Part shown: piece by piece, positions 1-6,402 of the stretch
Numbering within the stretch: position 1 is the stretch's first letter
How the letters are laid out: each line of letters begins with the position of its first letter
Assembly (NCBI GenBank): GCA_051439505.1
Contig: JBFRWI010000099.1
Location: forward strand, 1 to 13,417
Direction: 5' to 3'
DNA length: 13,417 nucleotides
From: Hormoscilla sp.
Lineage (GTDB): Bacteria; Cyanobacteriota; Cyanobacteriia; Cyanobacteriales; Desertifilaceae
Program-made: the position numbers and the translations under genes
Notes under the pieces: model-generated
What the model was told of the DNA's origin: nothing
Databases searched by the model: none
Seen by the model: only the letters and a program-made list of their open reading frames with translations

Positions 1-22
1 TTCGGGTGACCCTCCCAGTCGC

Positions 23-102
23 CGGATCCCCCCAAACCCCCCTTAAAAAGGGGGGCTTCCAGAAGCCCCCCCTTCTGCAAGGGGGGGTTTGGGGGGGATC
101 CG
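23..102. repeat. Cruciform G/C-run palindromic repeat, probably internal to a MITE-like element that begins before the window
   Basis: CGGATCCCCCCAAACCCCCC (23-42) is nearly the reverse complement of GGGGGGGTTTGGGGGGGATCCG (81-102). Two internal hairpins are possible: CCCCCCTT-AAA-AAGGGGGG and CCCCCCCTT-CTGC-AAGGGGGGG. This architecture resembles common cyanobacterial intergenic repeats. Confidence 0.8.
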
Positions 103-113
103 CCTGCAACTAC

Positions 114-127
114 TTTTGACCACACCC
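114..127 (-). mobile_element. Putative MITE/IS terminal repeat (reverse complement GGGTGTGGTCAAAA), copy 1
   Basis: TTTTGACCACACCC is the exact reverse complement of the 14-mer at 343-356 and 13327-13340. Its role as an element end is inferred. Confidence 0.5.
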
Positions 128-225
128 TAAATACAAGCCCTGTGGCAAACTACCTGTTCCTATCTCTGCCCTTGCACAATTGAGATGTACCTCCCACCAC
201 CAGACCCAGTTTTTTCACATATTCA

Positions 226-342
226 CAACAACCGGTAGGATGTGTACCGCCCACCAGCAACCACCAGCAACAACCGGTAGGATGTGTACGGCCCACCAGC
301 AACAACCGGTAGCAACAACCGGTAGGATGTGTACCGCCCACC
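226..342 (+). repeat. Three tandem GTAG-family REP-like elements with CAGCAAC-type linkers
   Basis: GTAGGATGTGTAC(C/G)GCCCACC occurs at 235-255, 277-297 and 322-342, each preceded by CAACAACCG. It is related to the perfect-stem copy at 9218-9238. Confidence 0.75.
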
Positions 343-356
343 GGGTGTGGTCAAAA
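343..356 (+). mobile_element. Putative MITE/IS terminal repeat GGGTGTGGTCAAAA, copy 2
   Basis: It starts exactly after the last base of the third REP-like copy. Its continuation CCAGTTGG matches CCCGTTGG after the copy at 13327. Confidence 0.5.
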
Positions 357-414
357 CCAGTTGGGTCGGGTCAAAAGCCGAAGGACCGCCAGTCGTGTCC
401 ATACCTGGGCCCCA

Positions 415-603
415 CCGTTGAGGTTGCAAACGTCTCCGTTGAGGTTTAAAACCTCTCCACTGAGGTTTTAAACCTCTCCACTGAGGTTTAAAACCTCTCC
501 GTTGAGGTTTAAAACCTCTCCACTGAGGTTTTAAACGTCTCCGTTGAGGTTTAAAACGTCTCCGTTGAGGTTTAAAACCTCTCCACTGAGGTTGCAAACC
601 TCA
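415..603. repeat. Tandem array of nine 21-bp units with an internal palindrome
   Basis: Units CC(GT/AC)TGAGGTT(TA/TT/GC)AAAC(C/G)TCT start at 415, 436, 457, 478, 499, 520, 541, 562 and 583. The core GAGGTTT-N-AAACCTC is dyad symmetric. There are no unique spacers. Confidence 0.95.
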
Positions 604-767
604 AGGGAGACTCCCAGGGCCACCCACGACGCTGGTTCAAGACATTTAGGCCATTCGGACAGATTACAGTTAACAGGGACCAGGGCGCAACCCGTGCAAC
701 CGATCGGGCGATCGCCCTTTTCGGGGTCGGTGCATGGGCGATCGCATGTGGCCGGTGTACGGCGGTA

Positions 768-1700
768 TTACATCGGTGGATTTTCTGGTTGTTTTGGCGG
801 CAGGGATTTTTGTTTCTGCAAGCGCATGTAGCCCAAGGCCCCACCAGCAAAGACGAGCAACAAATAAGGACTGAATGCTAGCAACCACAAACCCAGTTGA
901 ATTAAACCAAAGGTAAATTCATTCACCGCTTGAGTTGCCTGCCCCCAGGTTTCTCGGACCCGCAAACCTATAGACAGCTGGGGCGTTGCTGACGATGAAA
1001 CTGCTGCTTCTAAATTCAGATTAATAGTAGAATACGCTACTTGATTCTGCAAGTTTTTGAACTGGGCGTCAATGCGCTCAATTGATTCCCGAATGTTGCT
1101 CAGTTCTCGCGCCGCATTCAGTACCTCCCCCACAGTGCCCGATCGCTCCATAATTTTCAACACCATGTCTTCTGACTTGCGGAGATTTCGCAACCGCGCC
1201 TCTAAATCTACCAATTGATTGGAAACATCCTCGGCAGTTATGGTTCTATTTTGCATCGTACCCAACTCACTCAGGGCATCTAGAGTAGTTTCTAACCTTG
1301 CTTGGGGTACGCGCAACTGCATGGAGGCCCGATGACGGACATTTTTGTTAGCAGGTTGATATTCTTGCAGTCCCAATACATCTCCTTGCTGCTGTTGGAT
1401 CAAACCAGAAACTGTTTCAATAGTTTCCTTAATGGATGGGACCACCAGGTTGAGTTCGGCCCTTTTGATTAGTTGGGGCGCCGCCTTGGGCACTTCCGCT
1501 GCTGCGATGGCCCGATCGGCGGCTGAAGAGATTGCTGCTGGTGCTGGCATACTCTCAACTGGTGCCCTGCTAATCACAGCTGATTTATTATTAGCAGCAC
1601 TGCAACTGGTTAGGGCGATCGCCCCTAACAGCAAGCTAGGCACGACAAAGCTTTGAGATATATTGTTTGAGTTATTGCTGGGGGAATTTTTGAGTTTCAT
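768..1700 (-). CDS. DUF4349-family lipoprotein (~310 aa)
   Basis: A hydrophobic stretch ends in a lipobox-like ALTSC. It is followed by QLIKRAELNLVV, LRVP, EDVSNQLVDLEARLRNL, a coiled coil, VAYSTINL and a C-terminal TM segment. The start was moved from 1787 to ATG 1700, which has AGGA about 8 nt upstream and avoids overlap with the divergent helicase start. Confidence 0.85.
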   Translation of the reverse strand: MKLKNSPSNNSNNISQSFVVPSLLLGAIALTSCSAANNKSAVISRAPVESMPAPAAISSAADRAIAAAEVPKAAPQLIKRAELNLVVPSIKETIETVSGLIQQQQGDVLGLQEYQPANKNVRHRASMQLRVPQARLETTLDALSELGTMQNRTITAEDVSNQLVDLEARLRNLRKSEDMVLKIMERSGTVGEVLNAARELSNIRESIERIDAQFKNLQNQVAYSTINLNLEAAVSSSATPQLSIGLRVRETWGQATQAVNEFTFGLIQLGLWLLAFSPYLLLVFAGGALGYMRLQKQKSLPPKQPENPPM

Positions 1701-1785
1701 TGCAGTTATCCTGTTTAATGTCCTTAAATATAATATAATCGGAAATGGATACGGAAAACCAGCCAGATACATAAATTGAAACAGC
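1701..1785. promoter_or_regulatory. Short AT-rich divergent promoter region
   Basis: An 85-bp gap lies between the divergent start codons. Overlapping TATAAT hexamers occur at 1729-1734 and 1734-1739 on the + strand. There is no convincing -35 element. Confidence 0.45.
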
Positions 1786-4170
1786 ATGCCAGACTATTTT
1801 GATTCAAACCTTACCCACCATAATTCCCAGTCTTCCCCAGACCCTTCCCTGGCCCAGTCCCCGCGCGATCGGGGAATAGAAGCGATCGTGAAGGGCCTGC
1901 GATCGGGACAGCAAAGTATGGCTTTCTGGAAAGGAGGACCGCTAGCAGTTTCAGCGGTTCCCGGATCGGGAAAATCTACCGGGATGGCCGGGGCCGCCGC
2001 GATCGCCGTTGCCCGTCACCAATTGCACTCCCGCCACCAACTGGTTGTAGTAACCTTTACCCGTTCCGCCGCTGCCAGTATTAAAGCCAAAATTCGCGCA
2101 CATCTCCAGACATTATCCTTACCACAAAATGGCATTGTCGTCTATACCCTCCATGGTTTAGCCCTGAATATTGCCATGCGCCATCCCGAACTTTCTACCT
2201 TAAGTCTGGAAACATCGACGATCGTTTCTCCTAACCGATCGCACCAATTACTGCGTACCACGGTAGAACAATGGATAGCCGCCCATCCCCTCCATTATCG
2301 GCGCTTGCTAGAGGGAAATCAATTTGATGGCGAAGAAACGGAACGCCTGCGCCGCCAGTCCGTTTTGCGCACTGAAGTTTTGCCCGCGTTGGCCTATACA
2401 GTCGTTCACGAAGCGAAAAGTTCCGGACTTTTGCCCCAGGATTTGATGGAAATTGTCGCCACTCAAAATATCCCCGATGATTATCGGATTTTAGCAGTAG
2501 CAGCGGGGCTGTACAAGAACTATCAAACTCTGTTGCGATCGCGTTCTCTGCTCGACTATTCAGACATGATATTGGGTGCAATCAGAGTATTAGAAGACAT
2601 CGGGGCGCGGCGTCTCTGGCAAAAGCAAGTCTTTGCCGTATTTGAAGACGAAGCACAAGATTCCACCCCCTTGCAGACGAGATTATTGGAGATCCTCGCC
2701 GCAGACCCTAACGAAGAGAAACCCCTGAATTTGATCCGGGTAGGAGACCCCAATCAAGCAATTAATTCTACCTTTACACCCGCCGACCCCATTTATTTTC
2801 GGCAATTTTGCGAAGCTTGCCAACAGCAGGACAAACTAGCAACAATGAATCAAGCCGGTCGCAGCACCAAAATTATCATTGATGCGGCTAACTACATGCT
2901 AAACTGGGTAAATAAATACCTCAGTAATATCGGGTCCCAGAAACCGGAAGCAGAACTGCCCTTTAGCGAACAAGAGATTCGCCTAGTGGCAGCAGAAGAC
3001 CCCCAACCAGATGCAAATCCGCCCCCAGAAGGAGAAGGATTGGAGTTACATACGCCCAAGGATATTTACCAGACAGTCGCAGCGATCGGTCAACGGATTG
3101 TAGATTTATTCGCCAGTTACCCCGAACGGAATGCAGCAGTCTTAGTGCGGACAAATGACCAAGGAAGATTTGTAGCAACCGAATTAAAAAAGTTGTATGG
3201 CAAGCAGATAAATATATATGAAGTGGCTCAACAGGATCGACAATCTCAGGTTCCCAGAGAAATGCTTTTACTGCTACAATTCATGCAGCGACCTCAGAGT
3301 CCAGATGGATTAAAAGCAGCGCTACAAGTGCTACTGAAACGACAATTAATTCCCTCCCAAGACTTTAATGCCATGGCCAGTTTACCAGAGGAATTTCTCT
3401 ACCCCGGTCCCCTGGAGACGCCACCCAAGGAACCCGGAAAACAAATTCGCCGCTACTGTCGCAGTTTGCTGCGGGCCCGACTGGAACTGCCCCCCTATCA
3501 GTTAATTTCTTTCCTCGCTTTGACCTTAAATTACAACCAAAGCGAACTGGCCACCGCTGACAAATTAGCAGAACGAGTCGCCCAGCAAACAGCGGGGGAT
3601 AGTGCTATATCTGTGATGTCAGGGATGCTCAACGTCCTGAATGAAATAGTCAATTCCGAAAGCTTTGAACCGGTGGAAGTGTCGGAAGATGATTCTCCCT
3701 ACAGCAGGCCAAATCAACTGACCATCATTACCATGCACAAAGCTAAAGGATTAGATTGGGATTATGTGTTCCTGCCCTTTTTGCATAATAGTACCATTCC
3801 CGGGAGTTTGTGGGTGCTGCCCCAAGCGCAGTTTTTGGGAGACTTTACTTTATCGGAAGTTGCTAGGGCCCAAATTCGCGCCCAGCTGCATCAACAAACC
3901 CTACCTTTGGTTGGAGAAGCATGGGAACAGGCGGAATATTTGAAGACCGCAGAAGAGTTTCGTTTGCTGTACGTGGCCATGACCAGGGCGAAGCGCCTGT
4001 TATGGATGTCAAGCTGTGGGAAAGCGCCTTTTAGCTGGAATAATTTTAATTCATCGCGCCCGAGTAAATTGGAGGATAAAATACCTTGTCCTGTTTTGCC
4101 CGCTTTGAAGCAAAGGTTTCCCCAGGCAGTAAATTCCCGGTGTGTCCCCGCGTCCCCGCGTCCCCGGTAG
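1786..4170 (+). CDS. ATP-dependent SF1 DNA helicase, UvrD/Rep family (794 aa)
   Basis: Motifs: Walker A AVPGSGKST, Ia VTFTRSAA, TLHGLA, II FEDEAQD, III VGDPNQAI, IV variant QAGRST, AVLVRTN, V TMHKAKGLDWDYVF, VI EEFRLLYVAMTRAK. Confidence 0.95.
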   Translation: MPDYFDSNLTHHNSQSSPDPSLAQSPRDRGIEAIVKGLRSGQQSMAFWKGGPLAVSAVPGSGKSTGMAGAAAIAVARHQLHSRHQLVVVTFTRSAAASIKAKIRAHLQTLSLPQNGIVVYTLHGLALNIAMRHPELSTLSLETSTIVSPNRSHQLLRTTVEQWIAAHPLHYRRLLEGNQFDGEETERLRRQSVLRTEVLPALAYTVVHEAKSSGLLPQDLMEIVATQNIPDDYRILAVAAGLYKNYQTLLRSRSLLDYSDMILGAIRVLEDIGARRLWQKQVFAVFEDEAQDSTPLQTRLLEILAADPNEEKPLNLIRVGDPNQAINSTFTPADPIYFRQFCEACQQQDKLATMNQAGRSTKIIIDAANYMLNWVNKYLSNIGSQKPEAELPFSEQEIRLVAAEDPQPDANPPPEGEGLELHTPKDIYQTVAAIGQRIVDLFASYPERNAAVLVRTNDQGRFVATELKKLYGKQINIYEVAQQDRQSQVPREMLLLLQFMQRPQSPDGLKAALQVLLKRQLIPSQDFNAMASLPEEFLYPGPLETPPKEPGKQIRRYCRSLLRARLELPPYQLISFLALTLNYNQSELATADKLAERVAQQTAGDSAISVMSGMLNVLNEIVNSESFEPVEVSEDDSPYSRPNQLTIITMHKAKGLDWDYVFLPFLHNSTIPGSLWVLPQAQFLGDFTLSEVARAQIRAQLHQQTLPLVGEAWEQAEYLKTAEEFRLLYVAMTRAKRLLWMSSCGKAPFSWNNFNSSRPSKLEDKIPCPVLPALKQRFPQAVNSRCVPASPRPR
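4144..4167 (+). repeat. Octamer tandem repeat (GTCCCCGC x3) forming the helicase C-terminal tail
   Basis: GTCCCCGC GTCCCCGC GTCCCCGG lies immediately before the TAG stop and encodes ..VPASPRPR. Confidence 0.7.
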
Positions 4171-4435
4171 GAGTCGGTTCTCTGGTTCCCTCTTCCCCGG
4201 CGATGATTTACTCGCACTCGCAAAAAACGATATAATCTGAGGAAGGTTAACTGTGATAGACATCCAAAACTTTTATCGCCAAGGGACAACAGCAGAACTT
4301 GAGTTTTACGACACTCAGTGCCAGTTCTCAAGCGACGACTGCACTCCTTGCCCCTGCCAGAACAGCAAGCATTGTCAAGTATCTTGTAAACTAGAGCTAT
4401 TCGCCCTCTGCAAACGATCTAGCTTGGCCATCGAA

Positions 4436-6016
4436 ATGACCCATTGCCTGAATCCCGATTGCTCAAAACCCCAAAACCCAGCGGTCAACAGGTTTTGCCA
4501 ATATTGCGGCACCAAGCTGCTGCTATCGGACCATTATCGCGCCCTGAAACCCATCGGTGAAGGGGGCTTTGGCAGAACCTTCTTAGGAGTAGACCTGCAC
4601 GAACCCGGACAACCCCCCTGCGTTATCAAGCAGTTTTACCCCCAATCCCAAGGTACCAACAGCGTCCAGAAAGCGGCCATCCTCTTCGCCCAAGAGGCGG
4701 TGCGCCTGGATGAGTTGGGCAAGCATCCCCAAATACCGGCCCTGTTGGCCCATCTAGAACAAGACTCCCGCCTCTACATCGTCCAGGAATTCATCGACGG
4801 GCAAAATCTCGCCCAGGAGTTGGCTCAAACCGAGACCTTCTCAGAAGACGAGATTCGCGCTATCCTGTCTGACTTGCTGGGAGTGCTGGAATTTATCCAC
4901 AGCAAGCAGGTGATTCATCGGGATATTAAACCGGAAAATATCATCCGTCGAAACAGCGATCGCCTGCTGGTACTGGTAGATTTTGGAGCCGCTAAATATG
5001 CTACCGGGATGACATTAGCCCAAACCGGAACGACGATCGGATCTGCGGGTTATGCGGCTCCCGAACAAAGCTTTGGAAAAGCGACTTTTGCTAGCGATAT
5101 CTACAGTTTGGGCGTCACTTGCATTCACCTGCTCACCCAAATGCAGCCCTTTGACCTCTACGATGTTATGGAAAGTAATTTTGTCTGGCGAGATTACTTG
5201 CTGAACAATCCCATCAGCGACCAACTAGCTGCGATTCTGGATAAAATGGTTCAACATACCCTCAAGCAGCGGTATCAATCGGCAACCGCCGTGCTGCAAG
5301 ACTTGGCTCAACCCTGGAGTTCCCCATCATTTGCTCCCAAGGGCACGGGAGCGAAGAAATTATCCGGATGGGGCGATCGCCTCAAAAATTTCTCCACTCA
5401 GGTATCAGCTAAGGTCTCCGAAGCGATGGTCCTTGACTGGACCTGGTTTCGCCTGCATTATGAAGACAAGATCGATCTCTATGCACCCAAAGCAATAGTA
5501 GCAGAGTATCTAACTAAACATGCCGATTGGTTTCCTGCCTGCGCTGCCCCCATGCAGGTTTCTCCCCTTGGTACTAATAGCTACAATTTGCTGATCGGAC
5601 GCTATGGGGCATTTAAGTACGAACTCGAAGTGAGACTCGGTGTGGAACTAATTCCTCCCGACTCCTCTGGCATTTATCGGATGAAAAACATTCCCCTGCC
5701 CGACTATTCTCCTCCCGGCTATCAAATAGACTTTCAAGGCACTTTTTATTTAACAGAACTGCCCACGGACCCGGCCATGCGGTTGCAGCTTTTGTCCCAA
5801 GAAATGCCCGACCTCCCCCCGATAATGACAAGATGGCACTGGCAGCTAGACTTAGAAGTGGGAATTCAGTTTCCCCAGTTTATTCGCGCCATGCCTGAAT
5901 CTCTCATTTACAATACAGGCGATCGCCTATTACAGCAAATCGTGCGGGAAGTCTCCCGTCGCCTCGCCGATCGCGTGCAGAGGCACTTTCATCAGTCTTT
6001 GGACATATCCAACTGA
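4436..6016 (+). CDS. Hanks-type Ser/Thr protein kinase with N-terminal 4-Cys zinc ribbon and C-terminal DUF1997-like domain (~526 aa; alternative GTG start at 4253)
   Basis: Prefix MTHCLNPDC..FCQYCG; kinase motifs GEGGFG, VIK, HRDIKPEN, DFG, GYAAPEQ and SDIYSLG. The C-terminal ~190 aa (EYLTKHADWFPACAAPM..IGRYGAF..TGDRLLQQIVREVSRRL..HFH) resemble cyanobacterial DUF1997 proteins, from recollection of the family. Confidence 0.9.
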   Translation: MTHCLNPDCSKPQNPAVNRFCQYCGTKLLLSDHYRALKPIGEGGFGRTFLGVDLHEPGQPPCVIKQFYPQSQGTNSVQKAAILFAQEAVRLDELGKHPQIPALLAHLEQDSRLYIVQEFIDGQNLAQELAQTETFSEDEIRAILSDLLGVLEFIHSKQVIHRDIKPENIIRRNSDRLLVLVDFGAAKYATGMTLAQTGTTIGSAGYAAPEQSFGKATFASDIYSLGVTCIHLLTQMQPFDLYDVMESNFVWRDYLLNNPISDQLAAILDKMVQHTLKQRYQSATAVLQDLAQPWSSPSFAPKGTGAKKLSGWGDRLKNFSTQVSAKVSEAMVLDWTWFRLHYEDKIDLYAPKAIVAEYLTKHADWFPACAAPMQVSPLGTNSYNLLIGRYGAFKYELEVRLGVELIPPDSSGIYRMKNIPLPDYSPPGYQIDFQGTFYLTELPTDPAMRLQLLSQEMPDLPPIMTRWHWQLDLEVGIQFPQFIRAMPESLIYNTGDRLLQQIVREVSRRLADRVQRHFHQSLDISN

Positions 6017-6402
6017 CTTTTGAGGAATTTTAAGTTACTAATATGCAAAGAAATGTAAAATTTTATCAATCACCCTGGCAATTTCGGACATCATCTCTAG
6101 AGACTGCTGACAAATAACTGCGAAAGGATAAGCTGTCGTGCATTTAATTGCTACGGCAGGTATTCTGAGATCCTTGCGATCAAAGGGTTTCCCAATTGGG
6201 AATTGAGAATTGCCGAATTTGCGATTTGCTCCCCGAGAACATAGGGAAAATCAGATCGGGGGTAATACCCCCCATTATTATTTCGGGGTAAAAAAAGCAG
6301 ATAGCTTGGAATCGAGGTCTCAAGAGATCGAGATGGGAACACAATTGGTAAATTATAAGGAAGAATTAAGTATATAGCCAAGAACCCGATAGGTAGGAAA
6401 TC

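Noticed and set aside
415..603. CRISPR array
   Set aside because: The units are contiguous 21-mers with no unique spacers, and there are no cas genes in the window.
150..888. Short overlapping ORFs (150-341, 180-449, 223-597, 544-831, 572-850, 670-888)
   Set aside because: They are translations of REP and 21-bp repeat DNA or overlap the DUF4349-like gene. None has a recognisable domain or convincing start signals.
1701..1787. N-terminal 29-aa extension of the DUF4349-like ORF
   Set aside because: It spans the whole divergent promoter gap and overlaps the helicase start. ATG 1700 has an SD and gives a more plausible signal peptide.
2231..6381. Other small antisense ORFs (e.g. 2231-2581, 3891-4331, 5015-5224, 5613-5831, 6151-6381)
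   Set aside because: They overlap well-supported genes on the opposite strand or lack any recognisable motif or start signal.
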